Notes under the pieces: generated by a model
What the model was told of the DNA's origin: nothing
Databases searched by the model: none
What the model saw: only the letters and a program-made list of their open reading frames with translations
Assembly (NCBI GenBank): GCA_016929235.1
Contig: JAFGJD010000004.1
Span: 256,866-320,865 of the forward strand
Direction: 5' to 3'
DNA: 64,000 bases
DNA from: Candidatus Babeliales bacterium
Lineage (GTDB): Bacteria; Babelota; Babeliae; Babelales; JABCYS01
Part shown: piece by piece, positions 1-9,154 of the stretch
How the letters are laid out: each line of letters begins with the position of its first letter
How positions within the stretch are numbered: position 1 is the first letter of the stretch
Position numbers and translations under genes: made by a program

Positions 1-67
1 AAAATGGAAGGGCACTGGTCAAGTAACTCATGAGAATGGATGAAGGTGATAGGCATAGAACATGTTA

Positions 68-1039
68 TCAAGCTTTCTTTTTTGTCTTAATTTTGAGGAC
101 ATATTCAACATCTGTTTTGTTGAACGCAGGATTCTCTTTTTCTTGAGCATGCCAGCTTCTAAGTTCTTGTAAGATTTGAGGAAGAATAGTGATGAAGTGC
201 GATAGAAGAAACTCGGTGTGTGCAATTGCTCGGCCGTTATACTTGATGGCCGTTTGGAATGTATATGGATTCAGTTGGAATGTGCGTTTGGAAAAAAACG
301 GCTTTGTCTTCTTTTTTCTTTGTTCATGATATATGCCTTGAGGATCCATAATTTGAAGCATATCAGCGTGGGAGTACAGTGAATAAATTGTTTTGAAGAA
401 TGGATCGTTCACATAACATGCAGTTTCATTTTGTATTGGTGTACCAAGCATAATGAGCTCATCTATTACAAGCTTATTGTTGGGCAGCCTTACTTTAGCA
501 AGATTGAGCGCTACGTTGCCACCATGGCTGTGGGTAATAAGCCTAATTTTAGGGGCCTGTCCATGCTTAGTAGTATAGGCGTAGTGCTCACGTTGTAGTT
601 CCCGATAGAGATCTCTTGCTGCAAGTTCACGTGCCTGGAAACTCAGTGCTCCTGACCAACCAAATGCATAAAATGAATCGAGATCAAATTGTCGTGCATC
701 CTCGCGGGCTAAGATCTGAGCGATTGTTTTAAGATGATAGGTCTCTGGAAGATCTGATGCCTTCCATAGACCTATGTTAGGGCAGGTATGAAACTTCTTG
801 AAGACGGGATTATTAAAGGTTCCGTGGATCCACACTGTTATGATTGGCTCAGCGGCTTCTTCCCTTGTCTGATGTCGTGTCGCTCCTGATGAGATCATGA
901 GATAGCGTTTTTTTATAGGGCAACGCGATCCTACACAGCTGGCGCTTGCCAACAGCACGACAAGGGATGTGATGTAGCCAGCTACTCTACGAGACATACT
1001 TTTGAGCTTCCGTACTTTCATATACCTATACGGTAACAC
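68..1039 (-). CDS. exported alpha/beta-hydrolase, lipase/esterase-like (paralog of 48812..50158)
   Basis: 323-aa ORF. N-terminal hydrophobic segment ITSLVVLLASASC. Nucleophile-elbow-like THSHGG, with downstream Asp (SHADM) and His (AIAHTE). Core aligns by eye with 48812..50158 (FGWSG, SHGGN..LNL, MLG.P). Start is ambiguous: GTG 1039, ATG 1021 or ATG 997. Confidence 0.6.
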   Translation of the reverse strand: MLPYRYMKVRKLKSMSRRVAGYITSLVVLLASASCVGSRCPIKKRYLMISSGATRHQTREEAAEPIITVWIHGTFNNPVFKKFHTCPNIGLWKASDLPETYHLKTIAQILAREDARQFDLDSFYAFGWSGALSFQARELAARDLYRELQREHYAYTTKHGQAPKIRLITHSHGGNVALNLAKVRLPNNKLVIDELIMLGTPIQNETACYVNDPFFKTIYSLYSHADMLQIMDPQGIYHEQRKKKTKPFFSKRTFQLNPYTFQTAIKYNGRAIAHTEFLLSHFITILPQILQELRSWHAQEKENPAFNKTDVEYVLKIKTKKKA

Positions 1040-1098
1040 TATAAAGCACCTAGGAGAGACGTCAAAGATTGCTCATCTCAAGAAGGCTTTTGATTGTA

Positions 1099-1869
1099 CT
1101 AGTTGCATGATTCTAGATCAGTGATGAACGCTTTAACTTGATGAACGTATTCTGCGAATACGGCAGGATCAAAAATGTCTAGATCTCTATCGAGTACGAG
1201 AACAGGTATTTCTTTATACTCCCGAGGGGTGATACCGTTTTTACGAATAAGCCAATCGTCATGGTTAAATGATAATTTTTCTAAATACTCTAGTGGAACG
1301 CCTGCCTCCTCAGATCGATTACGCATCTTGAGGCGCGTGAAGCATATTTCGGGAGATGTTTTGAGGTAGATGAATCCATCTGGTTTTGGTGCATCGGCTA
1401 CATGTTTTTTAAAGAGCTCATTACAGAGTTCCCACTCAAGCGGATTGAGCTGATTGGTTTCCTTAAAGTTACGAGCAAAACAGAAATAACACGAGTAAAT
1501 TGAGCGTTCGAGCAGTGCGACAGGAGCATCTTGATCGGTAGCATGTTCTTGATTTTTAATATGGGTTAGAAAGGCATAGGTCTGAAAGGAATATGCCCAG
1601 CGATTAGAATCGGTATATAATTCTTGGAGCAGATTATATCCATTTACGTTTTGCCATGATTCAACGGGCTCAGGCAAGAACGAAACATCTTGAAGAGCTT
1701 CAGATAACATTCTTAAGAATGTTGTCTTTCCGGCACCAATGTTGCCTTCAACCATTATTTGTAATGGTTCCCGTATTACTATGGTAGGAGCTGCTTCTTC
1801 TTGTGTAGTAGGATACGTAGTACAATATAGTGAGAGTAGCGCTAACGAAAAAAGACGACATTTCTGCAT
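1099..1869 (-). CDS. deoxynucleoside kinase family protein with signal-like N-terminal extension
   Basis: P-loop VEGNIGAGKTTF and an ERSIYS motif typical of the dNK/dGK family. The ORF track starts at TTG 1875. ATG 1869 is preceded by AGGAG at 6-nt spacing, giving N-terminus MQKCRLFSLALLSLYCTT. Confidence 0.85.
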   Translation of the reverse strand: MQKCRLFSLALLSLYCTTYPTTQEEAAPTIVIREPLQIMVEGNIGAGKTTFLRMLSEALQDVSFLPEPVESWQNVNGYNLLQELYTDSNRWAYSFQTYAFLTHIKNQEHATDQDAPVALLERSIYSCYFCFARNFKETNQLNPLEWELCNELFKKHVADAPKPDGFIYLKTSPEICFTRLKMRNRSEEAGVPLEYLEKLSFNHDDWLIRKNGITPREYKEIPVLVLDRDLDIFDPAVFAEYVHQVKAFITDLESCN

Positions 1870-1981
1870 GAGCAACTCCTAAAATTGAGCATAAGAATGA
1901 CCAAAAACATGCTAAGTGTTTCAAACTTTTTTCAAAAAAGAAAGAAGGAATGTATAACTCATTGAGAGCTATAGGTAGGTC

Positions 1982-3025
1982 TTAATATAGCTTTTGTTGG
2001 CGTATGGAAGAAGCTGCTACATCGAGGTGCTGCATGGTAATCATTGCGGCATCCTCACGCGCAGCGTTCAATGCAGAACACCTTACCATCTCTTTGAGGT
2101 CTGCATTGTTAAATCCATGAGTATCATCGGCAAGTTGTTCGTAATCTAATGTTGGATCAACCCGATTATTGGGGATCTTATCTAAGTAATGTTTTAATAC
2201 TGCGACACGATTATTTTTTGATGGGAGCGGAACATGCGCAATAACATCAAATCGTCCAGCTCGTTTAAGTGCGGGATCCAAATCTTGAGGGTCATTAGTT
2301 GCTGCTAGTACAATAATACGTTCATCTTGATCAAACCCATCCATTTGATCAAGTAATGCGTTGAGTGTACGACGGCTTTCAGTGTCATGGCCTGCCATAG
2401 CAAATCGACTACCAATTGCATCGATATCATCAATAAAAATAATGACGCGACTTATAGGATTGCGTTGTAAAAAAAAGCGTGCCTGATCGAATAGTTGCCG
2501 AATACGTAGTGGCCCTGTGCCGACATAAATTTCAATAAACTCACTTGCAGAACAATGAATGAAGCCGCAATGAGTTTCTCCTGCAATGGCGCGTGCGAGT
2601 GATGTTTTCCCTGTGCCGGGAGGTCCAACTAGAAGGACACCGCGGGGTGGATTAATGCCAAATCGTTTGAATTTGTCAGTGTTTTGTATGAATGACAGTA
2701 GGTCAACTATTTCTTGTGGGACCGTTCCAGCAATATCATTAAAGGTATAATCAGGGGGATGTACGTCTATTTTATGTTTACTCGGTTCCAGAGGGTTTTG
2801 TGTATTTTGATAAGGATTGTTTGTGGGATAAGTAGATGGATCATTGGGGTCAAATTCACAATCTTCAACAAATCGGTCCCAATTATATTTGTTGAGATCA
2901 GTCATAAATGGGCGCATGCTATCACGAAAACCTGACGCAATTTTACCTAATATATTTTCCTTTTTTGGATACAGTATCGGTAGATACATGAACGTGATAA
3001 GACAGATGAGGATGATTCGTTTCAT
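1982..3025 (-). CDS. membrane-anchored or exported AAA+ ATPase (FtsH/Cdc48-like AAA module, no protease domain)
   Basis: Walker A GPPGTGKTS, Walker B IIFIDDIDAIG, and second region of homology ATNDPQDLDPALKRAGRFD. Single N-terminal hydrophobic helix IILICLITFMYLPILY. The ORF ends directly after the AAA lid, with no HEXXH. AAGGA Shine-Dalgarno sequence before the ATG. Confidence 0.8.
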   Translation of the reverse strand: MKRIILICLITFMYLPILYPKKENILGKIASGFRDSMRPFMTDLNKYNWDRFVEDCEFDPNDPSTYPTNNPYQNTQNPLEPSKHKIDVHPPDYTFNDIAGTVPQEIVDLLSFIQNTDKFKRFGINPPRGVLLVGPPGTGKTSLARAIAGETHCGFIHCSASEFIEIYVGTGPLRIRQLFDQARFFLQRNPISRVIIFIDDIDAIGSRFAMAGHDTESRRTLNALLDQMDGFDQDERIIVLAATNDPQDLDPALKRAGRFDVIAHVPLPSKNNRVAVLKHYLDKIPNNRVDPTLDYEQLADDTHGFNNADLKEMVRCSALNAAREDAAMITMQHLDVAASSIRQQKLY

Positions 3026-3129
3026 GTAATTCCTTTGTCTCGAAGCATCGTGACGTTTATTGCCATTATAACGTGAAGAACTATAATTTTAAGCATTGCA
3101 ATCATAGATCCCGTTTGCGAAAGATATTG

Positions 3130-3792
3130 ATGACACGTACGTACGCTATATTACTAAGTGGGCTTATGGCTATTGTTGGTCTTCCTGGATGTACGCACGT
3201 ATGGAAGAAAAAGCCTCGTTTGTCATTGTATACATTTACCGATGTTAAAGATGATATTACGATTGTCGTTAAACCGCTTAATAATCATGAGTCATTGGAG
3301 CGACTCAAAGTAAATCCACTGAAAAAAGGATACCAGCCAATTCAGATACGTATGCATAATTCAAGTGGTGATTACTACGTATTGCATCCGTGGCAGATCA
3401 GTGTTCCATTGATAGCACCGAAACAAGTTGCACGAGAATTTTATATCAATGTGCCAACAATGTTGGGATGGTTTCTTGTGGTTGGATGGGTTGGTGTAAT
3501 GTGGTTTAACCCATTATCATATCTAATTCCGGCGGGGATTGTTGGTATATTTGCATGGCCTGAAGCGAATAGAACGATGAAGAAGCGATTTCGTCATGAT
3601 GCAATAAGTCGTGGAGTTGAGAGCGTCATAATACCTCCAAACGGTTCTATTGATCGTCTTATCTTTGCGATGCAGGAGGATGCAACCAGACCATTCTCAG
3701 TATCCGTTGCTAATCAGCGTACCAACCGTTTGGTTGGATTTGATGTCCGTTTGCATGAGATGCTTGAGGATGGCAGGTCCCCTATCTCCTAA
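3130..3792 (+). CDS. hypothetical lipoprotein/membrane protein
   Basis: ORF is open from GTG 3073. ATG 3130 gives MTRTYAILLSGLMAIVGLPGC, a lipobox-like LPGC. Two internal hydrophobic helices. No recognisable family. Confidence 0.45.
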   Translation: MTRTYAILLSGLMAIVGLPGCTHVWKKKPRLSLYTFTDVKDDITIVVKPLNNHESLERLKVNPLKKGYQPIQIRMHNSSGDYYVLHPWQISVPLIAPKQVAREFYINVPTMLGWFLVVGWVGVMWFNPLSYLIPAGIVGIFAWPEANRTMKKRFRHDAISRGVESVIIPPNGSIDRLIFAMQEDATRPFSVSVANQRTNRLVGFDVRLHEMLEDGRSPIS

Positions 3793-5344
3793 GATTCCAG
3801 ACTGTCACGTCATCAAGGGAACGTAATGCGTTGATGTTCTCTCTCGAAAGAGTACTTCCAGATACATCAAGAACAAAAGGTTCTGAGCGTTCTTGGAAAA
3901 ATTCAACGGGGATTTCCTTGATTTTAGTCTGACGTATATACAATGTGCTAAGTCTAGGAAAAAGTTCTAATACCTCTATGGGCAGATCTTCAAGAGGGTT
4001 ATCGTTTAGTTTCAGTTCAGCAATATCATTAAGGTCGTAGGCGCGCACTCGTAATGCCTCGGCGAGTCCTTCTAAAGAGGTCAGGTGCAGTCCGCTCAGA
4101 TTAAGTCTTTTTTGGTCATTGGCATTGCGCTCAAGTGGAGGAATCTCGCCGCCAGCACGCAAATAACTATCAATGGTCCATATTGCAACCAAGGTTGCAC
4201 CGTCAGGATCAACGTAGGGTTCGTGTTCTGGAGAAATCTTCACATATTCTTCCGCGATGAGTGAGACAATTTCTTGTGGAAGCCGATCATAAAGGAAGGC
4301 GACACTTCTCGCATACGGACCATTGCGATTCTCTAGCATTTGTTGGGCTACGCGTTGAGCGGTTTGTAGTTTGAGCGTATTGATCTTGCGTTCTGGAGGT
4401 GGCGCAGCTGCTTCTTGCTCAATGATCTGCTCTTGGTGCCGCAATGTTTTGTATGCATTCTCAATAGTAGATGTAAGAGATCTGTTCTCTTTTAATTTGT
4501 CATGTAAGGGCTGTATCTCTTTTGCTATGAATTCATCATATTTTTGCGCATCAGATTCATCGAATCCTTGCACAGTTCGATTCTCCTGGAAGAGCCCATG
4601 AAAAGCCTCCATGAGTTGCCCAGGGGATTGCTCGAGTTCGTTGAATGTATCGAGACGACCATGATAAGCAAATACACTGCGAATAGCTATTCTGTTTTGA
4701 GTAAAAAAATCTAATTGTTTTTCAACAATAAAGTGTCGTATTTTTTCAGCTTTGCCGGTTAAATTATAGCTAATAAACCGTATAGTCGATTGAACATAGA
4801 TGGGCGCTGTTTCTGTTACAAAGAGTGTAAGTGAGCTGACAGCATTGCCTACCTGTTCCAAGAAGGAATTGACAAGTTCTTTTGCTCTTTGAATAGGAAG
4901 ATCAGAATGTGCAGCATATGCCTCCTGGGCGTTGGGCTGTCGTAATATATCACGTTCTTGATAAAGCGCATCGCACTCTGAACGTAGTTGATTTGTGTCA
5001 TTGACGAGCTCATCAATAGCTAGTTGACGCTGATTATATTGAGCGATGCTTCCGTTAAGCTCGTCCATTCTTGTGCGCTCTGTGTTTGTCAGCGTTGATC
5101 TTTTTGCTAGTTCTTCTGCTTCTCTGCGCCACCGTTCAAAGTCAACAAGTTTTTCTATTTGTTGTCGTTGTTGTTCTTCAATTTCTTTGTTTTTCTCTCT
5201 TAATCTTTGTTCTCTGTTGCGTATTTCTCTGGAGATTTCTTTATCTAGTCGTCGCTCTGATTTTGCTGCCTCTGTGGGGGGAGCATATAACGATACGTTC
5301 ATCAAAACCGGACATAACATCAGGAGATATCTTGAAATTTGCAT
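3782..5344 (-). CDS. secreted coiled-coil + leucine-rich-repeat protein
   Basis: Signal-like N-terminus, followed by an E/R/K/Q-rich coiled-coil region. C-terminal LRRs: LNLSGLHLTSLEGL..., LKLNDNPLEDLP, LYIRQTKIKEIP. Confidence 0.6.
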   Translation of the reverse strand: MQISRYLLMLCPVLMNVSLYAPPTEAAKSERRLDKEISREIRNREQRLREKNKEIEEQQRQQIEKLVDFERWRREAEELAKRSTLTNTERTRMDELNGSIAQYNQRQLAIDELVNDTNQLRSECDALYQERDILRQPNAQEAYAAHSDLPIQRAKELVNSFLEQVGNAVSSLTLFVTETAPIYVQSTIRFISYNLTGKAEKIRHFIVEKQLDFFTQNRIAIRSVFAYHGRLDTFNELEQSPGQLMEAFHGLFQENRTVQGFDESDAQKYDEFIAKEIQPLHDKLKENRSLTSTIENAYKTLRHQEQIIEQEAAAPPPERKINTLKLQTAQRVAQQMLENRNGPYARSVAFLYDRLPQEIVSLIAEEYVKISPEHEPYVDPDGATLVAIWTIDSYLRAGGEIPPLERNANDQKRLNLSGLHLTSLEGLAEALRVRAYDLNDIAELKLNDNPLEDLPIEVLELFPRLSTLYIRQTKIKEIPVEFFQERSEPFVLDVSGSTLSRENINALRSLDDVTVWNLRR

Positions 5345-5415
5345 TGTGTTCCTTTTCTCTTAAAATACGCAGCTTTCTAAAAAGAATACCTTTTCAAATG
5401 TTGGCGATTCAAGCA

Positions 5416-5889
5416 TTAGTTATTTTGTGGTTGCATTATTTTTACACACCCCAAATAATATCGTAACTTACGCATGAGTTCTTGTTGCGGTGTCTGTGGT
5501 GAGCGGGTTGCTTTGGTTGCTTCGTATTGTTCGGCTAGATCAGGACGATGTGATTTAACGACAAGCTCTAGCCCTGCGGCAATGATTGAACAAATTCCAC
5601 CAATAATTTTTGCAGGATCTCTTGTTGCAACAGCGACACCAAATCCAGTGAGCATGCGAGCAATAGTAGAACAAAAGATCATTGCCTCCTTGTTATTTGT
5701 CTTAGGTTGTTCGGCGGATGAATCAGATGAATTCGTTGTTTCTGATATTGGAATAATGCCTGTTTGCTGATATTCATGAAGCATCTGTAAAAATTGTTCT
5801 TCTGAGATGCTTGGAAGATCATGATTATCTTCAACGCATAGTGTGCTGCACCCCAGTATAAAAGTAGTGTAGCGAACAAACCGTTTCAT
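5416..5889 (-). CDS. small membrane protein with bilobed hydrophobic segment
   Basis: ATG 5889 (MKRFVRYTTFILGCS) lies 2 nt after the stop of the upstream OMP gene. Paired hydrophobic helices IFCSTIARMLTGFGVAVA / IIGGICSIIAAGLELVV are separated by TRDPAK. Confidence 0.4.
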   Translation of the reverse strand: MKRFVRYTTFILGCSTLCVEDNHDLPSISEEQFLQMLHEYQQTGIIPISETTNSSDSSAEQPKTNNKEAMIFCSTIARMLTGFGVAVATRDPAKIIGGICSIIAAGLELVVKSHRPDLAEQYEATKATRSPQTPQQELMRKLRYYLGCVKIMQPQNN

Positions 5890-5891
5890 AA

Positions 5892-7454
5892 TTACCATTC
5901 CGTTTGGGCGTTGAGAGAGAGTGTAAAATCTTTTCCGATTCCTGAACTTAGGGGCGTGATATCAGCGCTGAGCTGTAATTTCCATGGTGTGTCGTCTATA
6001 TCGAGCTTGCCGAAGAATGACCCTAATACTTTGAACTGAAAGGCTCCTGTTCGACGAGCAATAGTAAGATCATGTGTTTGGAGGAGCTCAGGCTCTCTGT
6101 CCCATGTAATGGTTTCAGCTTGATGTCCCCAAAAATCTACACCGAAATTGAAGCCAAGGTTTTCTGGTTCGTATGCGAATACGCTCGTTACTTTGAATAA
6201 TATTTTAGGTTGTACTCGCACGTGCACTCGATCGGGGAAGAACATATCTAATAAGCGTGCATTTAAGAATCGTAAGTTGCTTGCTGCGGTAGCGCTATCG
6301 GTGCTGCTAAAATCACGTTGTGCAAACGCGGCCAGGTTTGCAGGTTCAAGGATAAACCGAATTTCTGATGCTGGGAAAATGTGCTCAAATGCCAGGCGAT
6401 TGTACCATTTGGTGGTATCGCTGAGAGTAAAAGTAGGTTCAAGGAATATGCCGAGACCGGTATGCCCATGATCACCTAGTGGTTTTTCTAGAAGCATTTC
6501 TGAAAGCCTTTCAAGAACACGTCGTCCAATCAGTGTGATATTACGTGCCAGTTCATCCTTGAGCTCAACGGCCGTAAGATTAAGTTCAAAAATTTCACAC
6601 AGATCTATGGTTGGTCGATCAGGGCAACCGGCATCCAACTCAAAGGTCGATCCATATACGCCCTTTTGTACTGAGAATGCCGTTGGTATTGTTGCCTCAC
6701 CACCGAATAGCATATGCAAGCGTTTTGTTGTGAGGAGATTATACCCGATAGCAAGTCGTGTATCACCAATACCAAGACGGTCGCTAATGAGGTAATTTGC
6801 GGTGAACTGATCATCTGCCGCTTGACTGCTTGTTGGGAAGAATTTCAGAGCAGTTTGCTTTATTTCTTCTTGTTTTTCCAAGTCGAGTTGGTAATTGCGT
6901 TCTTGATAGTATACGGGCAGCTTGAGATCGATTGTCCATCCATATATGTTCTTGGCTAGCTCAGCAAGAAATCCAATACGTCGTTGCTCTACTGTTGCTT
7001 CACTAAAGAGACCAAAGACATGATTGACATCCATGTAAAACACATCGCTATCCTTGCCAGGGCTAGCGAGTAGAATATCACCACAAGGTTTTGTTCTAAC
7101 AGCAGTGAGAAATTCCTGCACCGCGGTTACGAGTCCTGGGTCCTGCAGGGCAAGTACCGAATCGATAGATTTGCTTTGCTTTGTAAAACAGCTGTGGGGC
7201 GTTTGGTTCCAGAATAGATGAATTTGCGCAAGCCAGTCATTATTATGCGGTGGATGTGCGGAGAGCGTAGGATAATCAAGAAGAGATCTATGGTTGAGTC
7301 CTGCAGTACGAAGAAATACTTCTTCTTCTAAGATTGCAACGCCGAAGCAATTATATAATGCAGGGACAAGATACGTAGAATAAGAACATTCTTGGGCTGT
7401 TGCCTGATATGATGTGAATACACAAAAGAGCAAAAGAACGATGCGACGCTTCAT
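5892..7454 (-). CDS. putative outer-membrane beta-barrel protein
   Basis: Signal peptide MKRRIVLLLFCVFTSYQATAQE. Alternating amphipathic strands in the C-terminal half. C-terminal ...LSLNAQTEW ends in an aromatic residue, as in OMP sorting signals. Confidence 0.5.
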   Translation of the reverse strand: MKRRIVLLLFCVFTSYQATAQECSYSTYLVPALYNCFGVAILEEEVFLRTAGLNHRSLLDYPTLSAHPPHNNDWLAQIHLFWNQTPHSCFTKQSKSIDSVLALQDPGLVTAVQEFLTAVRTKPCGDILLASPGKDSDVFYMDVNHVFGLFSEATVEQRRIGFLAELAKNIYGWTIDLKLPVYYQERNYQLDLEKQEEIKQTALKFFPTSSQAADDQFTANYLISDRLGIGDTRLAIGYNLLTTKRLHMLFGGEATIPTAFSVQKGVYGSTFELDAGCPDRPTIDLCEIFELNLTAVELKDELARNITLIGRRVLERLSEMLLEKPLGDHGHTGLGIFLEPTFTLSDTTKWYNRLAFEHIFPASEIRFILEPANLAAFAQRDFSSTDSATAASNLRFLNARLLDMFFPDRVHVRVQPKILFKVTSVFAYEPENLGFNFGVDFWGHQAETITWDREPELLQTHDLTIARRTGAFQFKVLGSFFGKLDIDDTPWKLQLSADITPLSSGIGKDFTLSLNAQTEW

Positions 7455-7507
7455 GAACAGCTACCCTCTTTAACTAACATGCTTGAACACATAAGCTAGC
7501 GATTTTT

Positions 7508-8824
7508 TTAGGTCGCTTCAACTTGCTGCTCCTGTTGAGGTGGAATCTGCGTTTCTTCAAACGCAATAATCTCTTGGATCCGTTTTTGCGTAGCACTATG
7601 TACCTGAAAACAGTATGACTTATACAATAGACGTTCCCCCTTTGTGGGTAAGTGTTGAAGACGTTCGGTTAAAAATCCTGCGAGCGTCAGTGCATCATGT
7701 GAATCAAATGTAAGATGTAGTTGTTTTTGGACATCAGTGAGTGGCGTATTTCCCTCAATGAGCCAACCGCCTCTCTCGAGCGGAATGATTTTCTTAGAGG
7801 CAAATTCATTCTCGTCATTAATATCGCCGACAATCTCTTCAAGAATATCTTCAAGTGTAACAAGGCCAGCAAATCCACCAAATTCATTTACAATGATTGC
7901 CATATGAATGTTTTTGACTTTGAATTCTTGAAGTAACTGGTTGATACGAATGCTTTCAGGTATAAACAATACTGGACGCATGAGTTCCCTGAGTGATTTT
8001 GTTTCGTGTTTGGCAAGAAGCATTAACACATCTTTTTGGTAGATCATGCCAACTATATTATCACGTACGCTCTCGTAGACAGGGAGTCGCGAGAAACTTG
8101 TATGCCCAAAAATATCAAGTGCATCTTGCAGTGAGGCATCGTTACTAATGCTCACAACATCAACGGCAGGTACGAGAATTTCTTTGACCTGTTTTTGGTT
8201 AAGAGAAAAGATGCTTTGAAGCATTTGTGACTTTTCGCCCTCGATTAATCCTTTTTCGTATACGTAACTGATAAGAAACTGAATTTCTTTTTCTGATATA
8301 GCGCCTTCTTCTTCTGGTTTACCTCCAATTCGACATGTAATAGCAGACGAAAGTTTTGTAAGACTTTGTACCAGTGGTGTGAGGATGAAGTAAATGATAT
8401 TGGTAAACCAAAGCGTTGACTGAAAAATGCGTTCACCGTGTGTTTTTGCAAAGCTTTTTGGAATAATCTCACCAAAAATTAAGATTGCAAGTGTTGCTAT
8501 GCCAACGCCCAAGGTGAATCCAAGACGACCAGAAAAGTTTAGTGCCGCAAATACATCTTTCATGACATGAGTGACCAGAGCAGCTGTTGCAGTATTCCAA
8601 AAGCTACTTGCAATAAGAATAGTTACAAGAATGCGATGAGGGTTTTTTTCTAGTTCTTGCAGTAGAAGAGTGTATCGTTTTTTTGTTGTAGCGATTTCTT
8701 TGATTTTAAATAGTCGAATTGCAGTCACAGCAGTTTCGAGAAACGATGCAAATGCCAAACAGATAAGTGATACAAGAAACAATGGGAACTTTATATATAA
8801 AAGATTACCAAGTGACAGGTTCAT
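7508..8824 (-). CDS. CNNM/CorC/TlyC-family transporter (DUF21-CBS-CorC_HlyC)
   Basis: Four N-terminal TM helices with GEIIPKSFA, a tandem CBS region, and a C-terminal CorC/HlyC-like domain. Confidence 0.85.
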   Translation of the reverse strand: MNLSLGNLLYIKFPLFLVSLICLAFASFLETAVTAIRLFKIKEIATTKKRYTLLLQELEKNPHRILVTILIASSFWNTATAALVTHVMKDVFAALNFSGRLGFTLGVGIATLAILIFGEIIPKSFAKTHGERIFQSTLWFTNIIYFILTPLVQSLTKLSSAITCRIGGKPEEEGAISEKEIQFLISYVYEKGLIEGEKSQMLQSIFSLNQKQVKEILVPAVDVVSISNDASLQDALDIFGHTSFSRLPVYESVRDNIVGMIYQKDVLMLLAKHETKSLRELMRPVLFIPESIRINQLLQEFKVKNIHMAIIVNEFGGFAGLVTLEDILEEIVGDINDENEFASKKIIPLERGGWLIEGNTPLTDVQKQLHLTFDSHDALTLAGFLTERLQHLPTKGERLLYKSYCFQVHSATQKRIQEIIAFEETQIPPQQEQQVEAT

Positions 8825-9020
8825 ATGGTTCTCACAAATATAATAAGGTTAATATTTCGATGGATACTAGCAAATTCTTTTTCAAAAAACGATCGCTGAT
8901 TTTGTCAAAAAAGTATGGGGTTTTACAAACGGAGTAATAGAGCGTCAAATTTGGTGCGTGAAACAGATCGGGGCACAATAACGAACTGTGGCCAATGGTT
9001 CGCATCATTGTTCTAGACAC

Positions 9021-9057
9021 AAGACAAAGAGGGCGTTGAATGAATTCAGCGCCCTCG
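9021..9057 (-). terminator. putative rho-independent terminator downstream of rpoD
   Basis: Stem GAGGGCG/CGCCCTC (9029-9035 / 9050-9056), followed on the minus strand by TTTGTCTT. Confidence 0.5.
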
Positions 9058-9154
9058 CAGAACTACAGCCTGTTGATGTTCGAGGAGCATCACTTGCATA
9101 GAGCTTTGATTATGTTGCAATGCTAAGAGATGCGCGCTTCAATATTTATGGTCC

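Noticed and set aside
3782-5344. F-box-like motifs in the LRR proteins (RLPQEIVSLIAEEY here; LQDQIINRIVDLIS...EIWRQI in 40446..41678)
   Set aside because: The LP.EI pattern is suggestive, but the spacing to the downstream Trp does not fit the ~30-residue F-box pattern in either protein. It cannot be supported without an HMM search.
8832-9020. 62-aa ORF between rpoD and the CorC-family gene
   Set aside because: It has no Shine-Dalgarno sequence, abuts the rpoD terminator hairpin, and its composition is unlike the neighbouring genes. It is more likely the promoter or leader of 7508..8824.
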